NCBI GenBank assembly: GCA_005799825.1
Contig: SYFT01000004.1
Coordinates: forward strand, 14,866 to 78,865
Direction: 5' to 3'
Length of the DNA: 64,000 nucleotides
DNA from: Acidobacteriota bacterium
GTDB taxonomy: Bacteria > Acidobacteriota > Vicinamibacteria > Vicinamibacterales > SCN-69-37
The notes beneath the pieces are model-generated. The model was not told the origin of the DNA. It saw nothing but the letters and a program-made list of their open reading frames with translations, and did not search any database. Within the stretch, counting starts at the first letter, position 1. Every line of letters starts with the position of its first letter. Made by a program: the position numbers and the translations under genes. Positions 1-10,119 of the stretch are shown here, piece after piece.

Positions 1-2
1 TG

Positions 3-884
3 GTGATTGGCGCCGTGTGGGGCCTGCTCTTTGAGTCTGGCGTCTGGTACCGATTCAAAGGTTGGGATTCCACCCCGTGGCCGATGTTTGCATCCGTCCT
101 GGTCGGCTTGTTCGTGATCGCACCCATTCTCTCGATGGTGTGGGCCACGGTGCGGCTGCACGGATTTTTGGTGGCTCGGCGCAGTGGCGACCTGCGCATC
201 GAATACGGGGCGCTGACGCGTGTGACGGCCACGATTCCCCTGCGTCGTGTGCAGGCGATCAAGATCTTCAGGGGGCCCGGCCACCTCTGGGCCGGACGCG
301 CATCGGTCAGAGTGGAAACGGCCGGCGGAAGTCCCTCAGGTAGATCAGCTACCGAACGTGAGTGGATCGCGCCGATTATCAAGATGGCCGACCTGCCGGC
401 ATTTGTGGCTGAGGTGCTGCCCGAGGCCGACCTGTCGGCGCTCGACTGGCAGCCGGTAGACCCCCGTGGATTCCGGCGCCGCCGCGACCTTGCCCTCATC
501 TGGGCGGGCGTCATGGGCGGCGCGACCGCGCCATGGCTGGGTGGCCTCTGGGCGGCCGGCGTTGGCCTGCTGCTGGCTGTGTGGTGGGTGATGTCGGCGC
601 GGCTCTACGTCAGGAGCCTCGGCTGGGCGCGGACCGATCGCGTGATGGCATTCAAGAGCGGCTGGATTCGCAGGGCGGTTACGATGGTGCCGCTCGACAA
701 GATCCAGGCGGTCGATCTCGAAGAATCGCCGTTCGACCGGCGCTGGTCGATGGCCTGCCTTCGCGTCGATACCGCCGGTGCCGGCGCGCACCGCATCGAC
801 ATTCCGTACCTCTCTCGTCCCATTGCCGAAGACGCGCGCGTGGCGCTCGCGCGTGAGGCCGCCGCCACGACCTTCCGCTGGTGA
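3..884 (+). CDS. Membrane protein with bacterial PH (bPH_2) domains, YdbT-like, 5'-partial
   Basis: TM helices alternate with two 'IP/VPLxRI/KIQAV...LRVxTAG' repeats typical of bPH_2; ORF starts at the window edge. Confidence 0.8.
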   Translation: MIGAVWGLLFESGVWYRFKGWDSTPWPMFASVLVGLFVIAPILSMVWATVRLHGFLVARRSGDLRIEYGALTRVTATIPLRRVQAIKIFRGPGHLWAGRASVRVETAGGSPSGRSATEREWIAPIIKMADLPAFVAEVLPEADLSALDWQPVDPRGFRRRRDLALIWAGVMGGATAPWLGGLWAAGVGLLLAVWWVMSARLYVRSLGWARTDRVMAFKSGWIRRAVTMVPLDKIQAVDLEESPFDRRWSMACLRVDTAGAGAHRIDIPYLSRPIAEDARVALAREAAATTFRW

Positions 885-902
885 AGACTGCTACGATGCG
901 AC

Positions 903-2201
903 ATGCCCCTTCGACTGCTTCTCGTGCTCGCCATGACTGCCGCGCTGACGCAACCAGTCACACTTACTGCTGAAGAGCGCGCCTTGACCGCGTTCATCGA
1001 TGGCGACAACGATCGCGCGCTGGCGCTGCTCGAGCGGGTCGTCAACATCAACAGCGGCACTATGAACTTCGCGGGCGTGCGCGCGGTCGGCGCCGCGTTC
1101 CGCCCGGAGTTCGACGCCCTCGGCTTTAAGACCGAATGGGTCGATGGCACACCGTTCGGCCGCGCGGGTCACCTGGTGGCGGACCATCCGGGTCCAGGTC
1201 CGCGCATGCTGCTGATCGGCCATCTCGACACGGTGTTTGAGGCCGACAGTCCCTTCCAGAAGTTCGAACGCGTCAGCGCCATCGCCACCAAAGGGCCAGG
1301 CATCACCGACATGAAAGGCGGCAACGTCGTCATGCTCCAGGCGCTAAAGGCGCTGCAGTCGGTGGGCCTCCTGAAGTCCATGAACATCGTGGTCGTGATG
1401 ACTGGGGATGAAGAGTCTGCAGGCCGGCCGCTCGCCACGTCGCGGGCGGCACTGGTCAAGGCGGCACAGGGCGCAGCCGTGGCGATCGGGTTTGAGGATG
1501 GTGACGGGAATCCGGCGACGGCCGTGATCGCTCGGCGGGGGACGACGAATTGGGAGTTGCGGGTGAAGGGGAAGCCCGCGCATTCGTCGCAAATCTTTAA
1601 CACAGAGAATGGCTTCGGTGCGGTGTTTGAGGCCGCGCGCATCCTGAATGCGTTTCGCGAAAAGCTAGCCGGTCAGCCCCATCTGACCTTTAACCCCGGC
1701 GTGGTGCTCGGTGGCACGTCGGTGGAGTTTGACGCGCCGACGTCGAAAGGGACGGGCTTCGGCAAGGGCAACGTCATTGCCGAACACACCGTGGTAGCGG
1801 GAGATGTGCGTGCATTGTCGCTGGAGCAGTTCGCCGCTGCGAAGAAGATGATGCAGGACATCGTTGCTCAGTCGTTGCCGCAGACGAGCGCGACGCTGAC
1901 ATTTGATGATGGCTATCCGCCGCTGGCCCCAACGCCTGGCAATGAACGACTGCTGACGTTGTACAATCGCGCCAGTCTTGATGTGGGCGCGGGTGAGGTG
2001 GTGGCGGTTGATCCCGACAAAGCCGGCGCCGCCGACGTGTCGTTTATCGCCGGACAGGCCCGGATGATTCTCGACGGTGTCGGGTTGATGGGAGCGGGCG
2101 GGCACACCGTCAACGAAACAGCCGACCTGCGTACGCTCCCGTCGATGACCAAACGTATGGCGGTACTGCTGGCGCGGTTGCAGCGCGACGGGGCGAAGTA
2201 G
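903..2201 (+). CDS. M20/M25/M40 metallopeptidase (glutamate carboxypeptidase-like), secreted
   Basis: GHLDTV, GPGITDMKGG, DEE and GGHT motifs; N-terminal signal peptide. Confidence 0.9.
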   Translation: MPLRLLLVLAMTAALTQPVTLTAEERALTAFIDGDNDRALALLERVVNINSGTMNFAGVRAVGAAFRPEFDALGFKTEWVDGTPFGRAGHLVADHPGPGPRMLLIGHLDTVFEADSPFQKFERVSAIATKGPGITDMKGGNVVMLQALKALQSVGLLKSMNIVVVMTGDEESAGRPLATSRAALVKAAQGAAVAIGFEDGDGNPATAVIARRGTTNWELRVKGKPAHSSQIFNTENGFGAVFEAARILNAFREKLAGQPHLTFNPGVVLGGTSVEFDAPTSKGTGFGKGNVIAEHTVVAGDVRALSLEQFAAAKKMMQDIVAQSLPQTSATLTFDDGYPPLAPTPGNERLLTLYNRASLDVGAGEVVAVDPDKAGAADVSFIAGQARMILDGVGLMGAGGHTVNETADLRTLPSMTKRMAVLLARLQRDGAK

Positions 2202-2713
2202 TGTCAGGCCTGTACGACATTGCGGTGACGCGGATCGACGACACGGCCACGTCAATGTCGGAGTATCGGGGCAAGACGCTGATCGTGGTGAACGTGGCCA
2301 GCGAGTGCGGCTATACGCCGCAGTACGACGGTCTGGAATCGCTGTATCGCGAGTTCAAGGACCAGGGCCTGGTGGTGCTTGGGTTTCCCTGTGACGAATT
2401 CGGCGGCCAGGAGCCCAGCGGCAATGAGCAGATTCTGGATTTCTGCACGGCGACGTTTGGCGTGACATTTCCAATGTTCGCGAAGATCGGCATCAAGGGT
2501 GCCAACGGGCATCCGTTGTTCAAGTGGCTGGCCTCGCAGAAGGCAGGCATCCTTGGCATAGGCGCGATCAAGTGGAACTTCACCAAGTTTCTCGTCGATG
2601 GCGGCGGCAACGTGGTGAAGCGGTACGGATCGGTGAATACGCCCGCGCAGATCCGCAAGGACGTGGTGAAGCTGCTCGTGAACGATGAGACTGCTGCTCA
2701 TACACCACGCTGA
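2201..2713 (+). CDS. Glutathione peroxidase family protein (Cys-type)
   Basis: NVASECGYTPQY, LGFPC, IKWNFTKFLVD motifs. Confidence 0.92.
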   Translation: MSGLYDIAVTRIDDTATSMSEYRGKTLIVVNVASECGYTPQYDGLESLYREFKDQGLVVLGFPCDEFGGQEPSGNEQILDFCTATFGVTFPMFAKIGIKGANGHPLFKWLASQKAGILGIGAIKWNFTKFLVDGGGNVVKRYGSVNTPAQIRKDVVKLLVNDETAAHTPR

Positions 2714-3119
2714 CGCCGTCGGGCCGGATGTCGATCCGCAGCAGCCCCTGTCCACGCCTGGTTACGAACACGCTTTGCGGCTGGCGCTGACAGCAAAACA
2801 ACACGGCGCAGCCCCGGCAGTGATCTGGCACAGCGGCAAGTTGCGCGCACGACAGACCGGAGAAGCGTTCCTTCGCAACTGTGCGCCGTTTGCCCAGTTC
2901 AAGATGGTGCGCGGACTCAGTCCTGATGATTCCCCCGGCATCATCCATACGGCGATTCAGCAGCAGTCGAGGGATCTGGCGCTTGTGGGCCATTGGCCGT
3001 CGTTACCTGCCCTTTTATGCCTGTTGTCACCCTCAAGTGCGCCCATGCCGCAGCACGGCGCCGTGGCTCTTTCCAGCGATGACCATGGTCTGACATGGTC
3101 GGAAATCTGGCGGAGCTGA
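2685..3119 (+). CDS. sixA: SixA-like phosphohistidine phosphatase
   Basis: HHADA (variant of RHA), HSGKLRARQT, LVGHWP motifs. Confidence 0.7.
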   Translation: MRLLLIHHADAVGPDVDPQQPLSTPGYEHALRLALTAKQHGAAPAVIWHSGKLRARQTGEAFLRNCAPFAQFKMVRGLSPDDSPGIIHTAIQQQSRDLALVGHWPSLPALLCLLSPSSAPMPQHGAVALSSDDHGLTWSEIWRS

Positions 3120-3210
3120 CCGACGCCAGTCCGCCGTTCACCCACGGGCCAGACCCCTCATCCAACATGGCCGTATGGGCGGGTGAAGATTATTTCACAT
3201 AGTCAGAGGG

Positions 3211-3798
3211 ATGGCACTTGCGCTCCTGGTTTTCGCACTCGTCACATGCGGTATTGGCCTGGCTCACGCATTTGCACGAACAGTGGACGACATCGTGGCG
3301 AAAGACTACGCCACCAGGGGCGGTGCCGCGAAGTGGAAGTCGATTTAGACTCAAACAATGACCGGCACTGCGATAGGACAGGGTGCTGAGGCGGGCATCA
3401 CGATCTACGGCAAGCGGCCGAAGGCTGACACCATGCAGGAGCAGTCTGACTTTGACAGGTCGCTGATCGAGTATCGCGCGAAGGGCCACACTGTTGAGTT
3501 GGTCGGCGCGGAAAGCGTTGGCGCAAAGAAGGCTCATCACCTGAAGGTGAGCCGAAAAAGCATGCCGGCCCAGCACTTTTATCTCGATGTGGAGACCGAT
3601 CTGGAATTCAAGGTCACCACCGAAGCCGGCCGTGGTCCTGCGACCGACGTGGAATTATCAGACTATCGCACCGTGGACGACGTGCCGGTGGCGCACATGA
3701 TCCGCATCACGCAGAACGGTGTGGTGGTCGGCGAACTCCGGATCGCCACGGTCGAGTTCAACGGGCTCCTCGCCGACGCGCTCTTTAAAGTGCGGTAG
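3211..3798 (+). pseudogene. Decayed LolA-like (outer-membrane lipoprotein-sorting) secreted protein
   Basis: ATG 3211 encodes a signal peptide and 'TVDDIVAK...GG...WKSI', then in-frame TAG at 3346-3348, continuing in the same frame into the 3358..3798 ORF; probable internal deletion after 'YGKRP'. Confidence 0.7.
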
Positions 3799-3809
3799 AG
3801 CTGGAGCTC

Positions 3810-3860
3810 TCACTATGAATCTCCATGAAGATCCATGAAGTGTCATGCTGTTCATAGTGA
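3810..3860. repeat. Intergenic palindromic/CATGAAG repeat between convergent genes (possible terminator)
   Basis: TCACTATGAA (3810-3819) and TTCATAGTGA (3851-3860) form an inverted repeat enclosing two CCATGAAG units. Confidence 0.65.
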
Positions 3861-3873
3861 AAATCCTGGGGTG

Positions 3874-5319
3874 TCAGCGAAACGCGTCAAGGGCTTCGTG
3901 CAGTAGGTCCCAGGCGCGGCGGAGGTGACGTTCCTCGGTGCGCAGGTTGCCGACGGCGAGGCGAATCACGATCTGTCCGTTCAGTGATGTGTGCGAGAGG
4001 AAGACGTCGCCGGACTTGTTGACGCGCTCGATCAGCGCATGGTTGAGTACGTCAAGGTTCCCAGCATAGGCATGTGGCGCAGACCTGAAACACACGACCG
4101 AGAAGGGCACAGGTGCCACGCGTTCAAAGTCCGGATGGGCATCGACCCACGCGGCGAACACCTGCGCCAGCCGGCAGTGCTCGCGCAGGCGGGCGCGCAC
4201 ACCCTCGGCGCCGAAGTAACGCAGGATGGCCCACAACTTCAGCGCCCGGAACCTGCGCCCCAGTTGGATGCCGGTGTCCATCAGGTTCTTCACTGCGCCC
4301 GCTTCCGGCGTCTTGAGATATTCGGGCGTCAGCGAAAACGCCTGGCGGATCACGTCCATGCGCGGAGTGAACAGCACGCTCAGATCAAACGGCGTGAACA
4401 ACCACTTGTGGGGGTTCACAACAATCGAGTCGGCCTGGTCCAAGCCAGCGCGCATCCACGCAAATTCAGGAACCATGGCCATGACACCGGCATACGCCGC
4501 GTCCACGTGCAACCACGCGCCCTCGCGCCTGGCAATCGCCGCAGCGGCTGGCACGTCATCGACCGATGTGCTTGATGTGGTGCCGATGGTGGCGACGATC
4601 GCCATCGGCGTGATGCCGGCGGCTCGGTCTTCGGCAATCGCCGCCTCGAGCGCGTCGATGCGCATGCTGAACGCACTGTCTGCCGAGATGCGTCGGAGCG
4701 AATCGTGACCAAGGCCGAGGGCGATAACGGCTTTGTCCACCGACGAGTGCGCGTGTTCGGACGCATAGACGCGCATGCGGGGCAGGCTGCGGCCCGCTAG
4801 ACCCTTGGTGCGCACATCAGGCACAGCCACTTCACGTGCCGCCGCCAGTGCGTGCAGCGTGGAGATGGAAGCCGTATCGTAGATGACCCCTTCCATCTGA
4901 TCGGGTAGATGCATCAGGCGCGCGAGCCACCGCAGTGTGACCTCTTCGAGTTCGGTGGCCGCCGGAGACGTGCGCCAGAGCATCGCCTGCTGGTTGAGGG
5001 CCGACGAGACCAGGTCCATCAGGACGCCGGGCGCGCTGCCAGTAATGGCGAAGTAGGCGAAGAACCCCGGGTGGTTCCAGTGTGTGGCCGCCGGCAGGAT
5101 GATGCGATCGAGGTCTGCGATGACCTGCTCGAACGGTTCAGGCTGCTCGGGCGCGTGGTCGGGTAGGGCCTTTCGCACGTCGCCAGGTAACACCTGCGAC
5201 AGGACCGCGTGCGTTTCGATCTGTTCGAAGTAATCGGCCGCCCATTCCACGAGCGTGTGCGCGTAGCGCCGAAAGTCGTCCGGCGGCATGTCACCGAACG
5301 GCGGCTGTGCGGGTGTCAT
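3874..5319 (-). CDS. PLP-dependent group II decarboxylase (aromatic-L-amino-acid decarboxylase-like)
   Basis: THWNHPGFFAYF, SPAATELE, HSSVDKA, HVDAAYAG, NPHKW motifs. Confidence 0.92.
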   Translation of the reverse strand: MTPAQPPFGDMPPDDFRRYAHTLVEWAADYFEQIETHAVLSQVLPGDVRKALPDHAPEQPEPFEQVIADLDRIILPAATHWNHPGFFAYFAITGSAPGVLMDLVSSALNQQAMLWRTSPAATELEEVTLRWLARLMHLPDQMEGVIYDTASISTLHALAAAREVAVPDVRTKGLAGRSLPRMRVYASEHAHSSVDKAVIALGLGHDSLRRISADSAFSMRIDALEAAIAEDRAAGITPMAIVATIGTTSSTSVDDVPAAAAIARREGAWLHVDAAYAGVMAMVPEFAWMRAGLDQADSIVVNPHKWLFTPFDLSVLFTPRMDVIRQAFSLTPEYLKTPEAGAVKNLMDTGIQLGRRFRALKLWAILRYFGAEGVRARLREHCRLAQVFAAWVDAHPDFERVAPVPFSVVCFRSAPHAYAGNLDVLNHALIERVNKSGDVFLSHTSLNGQIVIRLAVGNLRTEERHLRRAWDLLHEALDAFR

Positions 5320-5867
5320 CCCTTGTGCGTCGCGACGTACTCAAGCGCGAATTTCTGCAACGCGTCACTCGAGAGGCCAATCGCTTTCGCTTCGGCCACG
5401 GCCTGTTCTTCAGGCCACTTGTCCACCAGCATGCGCTTGATCAGCCACAAGGCGCCAACGCGATTGGCGCTGCCGCAGTGAATGAACAGTGGCTGGTTGT
5501 CGGTGTTCGCCACGATCTGCAGGAACTCGCCCGCCACTTTCGGATCCGGCGTGGATCCCTTGAACGGCAGGTGGATGTATTTCAGGTCGACGGCTTCGGC
5601 AGCCGTTTGTGATTCGTCGATCAACACGCCGGCTTCGATCGCCTCGCGCAGGTTCAGCACGGCTTTGTAGCCAAGCTTCGCGATGTTCGCCAGTGCCTTG
5701 CTGTCCGTTGCTCCGGCGCACCCGACGGTGGCGTCAACTTTTGTGTAGTTCCGAACGCCCTCGATAGTTTCCTTCTGGGCTGTGGGAGTGGGCGGAGCGG
5801 TTGACGTCTGCGCCTGTCCGACACCGCCGAGGGCGAAAACTGCGGCGACAAGCAGAGCTCGAATCAT
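5316..5867 (-). CDS. Secreted PTP-like/DUF442 (Blh-like) phosphatase or sulfurtransferase domain protein
   Basis: VLNLR and HCGSANR (CX5R) motifs; signal peptide. Confidence 0.75.
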   Translation of the reverse strand: MIRALLVAAVFALGGVGQAQTSTAPPTPTAQKETIEGVRNYTKVDATVGCAGATDSKALANIAKLGYKAVLNLREAIEAGVLIDESQTAAEAVDLKYIHLPFKGSTPDPKVAGEFLQIVANTDNQPLFIHCGSANRVGALWLIKRMLVDKWPEEQAVAEAKAIGLSSDALQKFALEYVATHKG

Positions 5868-5902
5868 GCCCTGATTATACGGCCGGAGGCAGGATGGCGA
5901 AA

Positions 5903-6820
5903 TTACCGGCTAATCGCAACGGCCACCTCTTCGGCGAGCCGTACTGTCAACGGCGCGCCGGCGGCGATGGACGCTTCGCCGGATTCGGAGTTCATCACTG
6001 TGGCCGCGCCACCGGCACTACCAGCGACACTTCCGATGACCGCACCCTTCTTGCCGCCGAGTAATCCGCCCAGGATCGCGCCGGCCACCGCGCCTGCACC
6101 GACCTTGGCTGTCGCATCGGCAGTCGGCGAGTCGCCCTCGCGGTAAATCGTGTCGGTCTTGATCGGCACGCGCATGCCATCCGCCAGAATCATCCGGTCG
6201 AACCGCAGTCCGATTCGTGAACGATTCCTGAACTTGCCACCACGTTCCACCAATGACACGGTGCCTTCCAGTCGTGTGCCGGCGGGAATCGCCGTGCGGC
6301 CATCCACCGTGACATCGCGACTAACGCTGGCGGACACGCGGTCTTCGAGGCGAGCGGTGCGAGTGGAGACAGCTTCGTCGAGACGGATGCCGATGACCGA
6401 GTGTTTTTCGACGGTCAGTTCTTTAAGTTGAATCCGCTGCGGTTCTGAAACTGGCGCGGCGACCTGCACGGGCGCGTCCGGCACATACCGTGGCGGTTCC
6501 ACAGGTACAGGAGGCTGGGCCGGCGGCGCGACTGGCGGCTCCACGGACACGGCAGGCGGCTGGGTAACAGGTGTCTCCACCGGGGCTGTTTGCGGCGACA
6601 CAGCGCCGACCGGTTCTGGGGTTCTTGCTGATGGCTGAGAGGAGGGCCTCGGGGTGGTGGTCTGTGCCGGCCTCGCAGGAGGCGGGACGGGCGTTGGGTC
6701 TGGATTTAAAATCGCCGCCGCCGGGGCCAGGTCCGATGCCGCCGGGCGCATCGCGATGTAGCCCCCGGCCACCGCCGCCAGGCACCCCACGCTCACGAGC
6801 CCAAGGAGTTTGGCCGACAC
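5903..6820 (-). CDS. Membrane-anchored Pro-rich hypothetical protein with C-terminal beta domain and glycine zipper
   Basis: N-terminal TM, Pro-rich linker, 'AIPAGTRLEGTV' and GAxxGAxxG zipper; start set at GTG 6820. Confidence 0.65.
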   Translation of the reverse strand: MSAKLLGLVSVGCLAAVAGGYIAMRPAASDLAPAAAILNPDPTPVPPPARPAQTTTPRPSSQPSARTPEPVGAVSPQTAPVETPVTQPPAVSVEPPVAPPAQPPVPVEPPRYVPDAPVQVAAPVSEPQRIQLKELTVEKHSVIGIRLDEAVSTRTARLEDRVSASVSRDVTVDGRTAIPAGTRLEGTVSLVERGGKFRNRSRIGLRFDRMILADGMRVPIKTDTIYREGDSPTADATAKVGAGAVAGAILGGLLGGKKGAVIGSVAGSAGGAATVMNSESGEASIAAGAPLTVRLAEEVAVAISR

Positions 6821-6833
6821 AAGTACAATAGAT

Positions 6834-6849
6834 AGCAAGGCCCGTACCT
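6834..6849 (-). promoter_or_regulatory. Possible sigma54 (-24/-12) promoter
   Basis: Minus strand AGGTACG-GGCC-TTGCT fits TGGCACG-N4-TTGCW spacing, just upstream of the 6820 start. Confidence 0.35.
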
Positions 6850-6964
6850 CTTCCAAATGCCACGCCGCTTGGGCCTTTGCCATCATAGTCGGCGGACGTC
6901 CGGACATTTGCCAACCATTGGGGACATGGCGTGTCCACGCGGCGCTACAGGGGCGTGGGGAATA

Positions 6965-7742
6965 ATGGGCCCATTGGCTCATTTACGAATCGCAGTAATC
7001 GGTGCTGGAATCATCGGCGCGGCCATCGCTGACGCACTGACCGCGCGGGGCGCCCGGGTGTCCATGTACGACAGGCGATCCCCAGGCGCAGGCGCGTCGC
7101 AGGCCTCGGCCGGCGTGTTGTGTCCCTATACGGAAGGCTCGCCGGGCAGCCCCCTTCTTGCGCTCGGCGCGCGCAGCCTCGCCATGTGGGAGGGATGGGT
7201 GGAGCGGCTCCGCGCCAAGACCGCAGTGCCTTTTGCGTATGACCGGTGCGGCACACTCGAGATTGCCCTGAGCACCGACGAGGTCGCTCATCTGCGAAGT
7301 GCGCGCGATTGGCTGGCAGCCGAAGGCATCGGCCATTAGTGGCTCGAGGGCGGTGCGCTGCGCAGGTTCGAGCCGACGGTCAGCACGTCAGCGCCGGCGG
7401 GACTTGCAATCTCTGGTCACGGATATGTGCAGGTGCCGGCGCTCGTGACGGCCCTGATGGCGTCGGCGCGTGCGCGGTGCGCCACGTGTGAAACGCCGGC
7501 CGAGATTATTCAGATCGACCAGAAGCGTGATGTCGTGCGTGTTCGCGTCGGCAACCGCGTAGATGAATTCGACCATGCCGTCATTGCCGCCGGTAGCTGG
7601 TCGCGCCGCGTGCGTGTGGCCGATGGGCCCGTCTTCCCCAAGCGGCCCATCCGCGGATAACTGCTGCATTTGAAGTGGCCCGGGCCGGCATTGCCGCAAC
7701 GCTCCGTGTGGGGCGCGCGCTGTTACACCGTGCCTTGGCCGC
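6965..7742 (+). pseudogene. thiO: Glycine oxidase ThiO-like pseudogene
   Basis: GAGIIG FAD motif, ASQASAG, AAGSW, PIRG*L; in-frame stops TAG 7337-7339 and TAA 7658-7660; C-terminal part missing. Confidence 0.8.
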
Positions 7743-8044
7743 TCCTGCGCATAAGCGCTTCGGTGACAACCGTCGACGCCCTCTTCGGCCACGCGATCCA
7801 CATCATGCCCGCCGGTACCAATCGAGCCTTCCAACGGACGATGCTGGATGCAAGTGTGCGGGCCTCGTCGGCAAACAGAATGACGCAGTCAACCGGACTG
7901 TTGCCCCTAGTGACCACGACCACATCGTCGGGCAGGGGAGCCAGTTCCTTGATGAAGCCGGCAGGCTCGCTCGCCAGCACCAGCCGGTGCCCCTGCGTGA
8001 GGCTGATCTTCTAAACAAACGATTTTGCCGTTACATCCCGCCAT
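7723..8044 (-). pseudogene. DUF3052-like gene remnant
   Basis: MAGxxG start at 8044, frameshift and TAG near 8012, then 'LVPAGMMWIAWPKRAS' motif; 3' end lost at the junction with the thiO remnant. Confidence 0.65.
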
Positions 8045-8074
8045 GACCGCGGCAGTCTAGGCTAGTATTTCCCC

Positions 8075-9301
8075 ATGCGTCAGACACGAAGTTTCGGAAC
8101 TCTTGCCGTCAGCCTGTGCGCCGCAGTTGGCGCGATGTACGCTCAGCAGCAGGGCGTGGATTTGCGGCCGGCCAATGCGCCCGACCAGAAGCCCGCCTTT
8201 GCTGGCCAGACTGATGCGCCTGAGCGCCTGACGAATGTCGCGTTCGAGGTCGTCACCGTTGCCCAGGGCCTCGAGGTTCCGTGGGGACTTGCGTTTCTAC
8301 CGGGCGGGAAGATGCTAGTGACCGAGAAGCCCGGCCGCCTGCGAGTGGTGGCGGCCGACGGCACGCTGTCGGCGCCCGTCGTCGGAATGCCGCCGATCGC
8401 GACACGCGGACAGGGTGGGTTGCTCGACGTGGCGCTCGACCCGGCGTTCGCCACCACTCAACTCGTCTATTGGAGCTTCTCCGAAGCGCAGGAAGACATG
8501 ACCAGCCATACAGCTGTCGCGCGGGGGAAATTCGTCGATGGCACCGAACCGCGCGTGGAGAATGCCCAGATCATCTACACACAGGCGCCGTCGCTGCGGT
8601 CGAATGGGCACTACGGGAGCCGCCTCGCGTTCGGACGTGACGGTACGTTGTTTGTGGCACAAGGGGATCGGCAGGTACAAGCAGGTCGCCAACTCGTGCA
8701 GGAAATGGACTCGCTGCAGGGGAAGATTGTACGTATCAATCCGGATGGTTCGAGCCCCAGGGACAACCCCTTCGTTGGCACGGCAGGCGCGCGGTCGGAG
8801 ATTTGGTCGCTCGGTCACCGTAACATCCAGGCAGCCGCCATCAACCCCGCGACCGGCGAATTGTGGGAAGTGGAACACGGTACGCGCGGCGGCGACGAAC
8901 TCAACATCGTGCGCAAGGGCAAGAACTACGGTTGGCCGGTGACGGCGTATGGCATCGAGTACCAGGGCAAGCCGATCACAGGCGGTATCACGGCGCAGGA
9001 CGGCATGGAGCAGCCGGCGTACTACTGGGACCCCGTGATTGCCCCGAGCGGCATGATGTTCTACACCGCCGACTTGTTCCCGGCATGGAAGGGCAGCCTG
9101 TTCATCGGCGGCCTTGCCACCACGAACCTCGTGCGGCTCGACATCAAGGGTGACCGCGTCGTGAGTGAGGAGCGCCTGCTCAAGGACCTGCAGCCGAAGG
9201 CCGAGCGGATTCGTGACGTGCGCCAGGGCCCTGAGGGCGCCATCTACCTGCTCACCGACAACCCGCAGGGGCGAATTTTAAAGCTGGTCCCAAGGAAGTA
9301 G
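8075..9301 (+). CDS. PQQ-dependent soluble aldose sugar dehydrogenase (YliI/GSDH family)
   Basis: [44 protein letters not shown] motifs. Confidence 0.92.
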   Translation: MRQTRSFGTLAVSLCAAVGAMYAQQQGVDLRPANAPDQKPAFAGQTDAPERLTNVAFEVVTVAQGLEVPWGLAFLPGGKMLVTEKPGRLRVVAADGTLSAPVVGMPPIATRGQGGLLDVALDPAFATTQLVYWSFSEAQEDMTSHTAVARGKFVDGTEPRVENAQIIYTQAPSLRSNGHYGSRLAFGRDGTLFVAQGDRQVQAGRQLVQEMDSLQGKIVRINPDGSSPRDNPFVGTAGARSEIWSLGHRNIQAAAINPATGELWEVEHGTRGGDELNIVRKGKNYGWPVTAYGIEYQGKPITGGITAQDGMEQPAYYWDPVIAPSGMMFYTADLFPAWKGSLFIGGLATTNLVRLDIKGDRVVSEERLLKDLQPKAERIRDVRQGPEGAIYLLTDNPQGRILKLVPRK

Positions 9302-9312
9302 TCCGCGCCAGC

Positions 9313-9600
9313 ATGCACAGCCTGAACTCCACTGAACTTCGCGCGGCGTTGGCGGGCCTGCCGGGTTGGGTGGCTGACGCGTCGGCTATCAGTCGAACGT
9401 TCACCTGTCTGTCGTTCCCCGAGGCGATGGCTTTTGCGGGCCGCGTCGCCACCTACGCCGAGTCCGTGGATCACCACCCCGACCTGCTCATCAGCTATCA
9501 AAAGGTCACCGTTACGTGGTCCACGCACAGCGCGGGCGGTGTGACCGACAAGGACCTGGCGGCCGCAAGGGCGACCGATGCCAGGTTCCTCACCCCGTGA
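9313..9600 (+). CDS. phhB: Pterin-4a-carbinolamine dehydratase
   Basis: DHHPD and STHSAGGVTDKD motifs. Confidence 0.9.
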   Translation: MHSLNSTELRAALAGLPGWVADASAISRTFTCLSFPEAMAFAGRVATYAESVDHHPDLLISYQKVTVTWSTHSAGGVTDKDLAAARATDARFLTP

Positions 9601-9607
9601 CGCGCCG

Positions 9608-10063
9608 ATGAAGCTGAAGTCTTCCTACTCCGCCCGCGACGTTGCGGCCCAAACCGGGCTGACCGGCAAGCAACTGCAGTGGTGGGATGAGGCGCGCGTC
9701 TTCCAGCCCTCCATCGCGCCGCGGAAAACCGACCAGGGTGGCTTCACCGAGCGGCGGTACTCGCCCGTGGACGTGCTTGAACTCTTCGCGCTCGCCGACC
9801 TGCGCCGTCGCGGCTTCGACAACGCCACACTCAAGCAGATGATGGAGGCCCTGCGCGACTACTTCCGCCGCCGCCTCTTTGAAACCTTGGATGATGCGGG
9901 GGATTTGAGACTGCTGACCAATGGCGTCGGGCTGTTCCTTGAGACGAGACAAGGCCACGTATTTGACCTTCTCGTGGACCCTACCCAGGCGTTGCTTGGT
10001 GCTGAGGTGCTCAAGCTGAAGCCAGTCAAGGGGAAGGCCGTGAGGAAGAAAAGCGCCAGTTAG
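9608..10063 (+). CDS. MerR-family HTH transcriptional regulator
   Basis: YSARDVA...LQWWD...RRYS...LRRRG pattern; ATG 9608. Confidence 0.8.
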   Translation: MKLKSSYSARDVAAQTGLTGKQLQWWDEARVFQPSIAPRKTDQGGFTERRYSPVDVLELFALADLRRRGFDNATLKQMMEALRDYFRRRLFETLDDAGDLRLLTNGVGLFLETRQGHVFDLLVDPTQALLGAEVLKLKPVKGKAVRKKSAS

Positions 10064-10108
10064 CTCCGCCAATTCCAGAGTTCCGCAGTTCCGCCACTTC
10101 CGTCAGTT
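10064..10108. repeat. Degenerate ~8-mer tandem repeat (TTCCGCAG-like)
   Basis: ctccgccaa ttccagag ttccgcag ttccgccac ttccgtcag. Confidence 0.6.
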
Positions 10109-10119
10109 AACATGCCCCT

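Noticed and set aside
2201-2713. Selenocysteine glutathione peroxidase
   Set aside because: The active-site codon is TGC (Cys) and there is no in-frame TGA.
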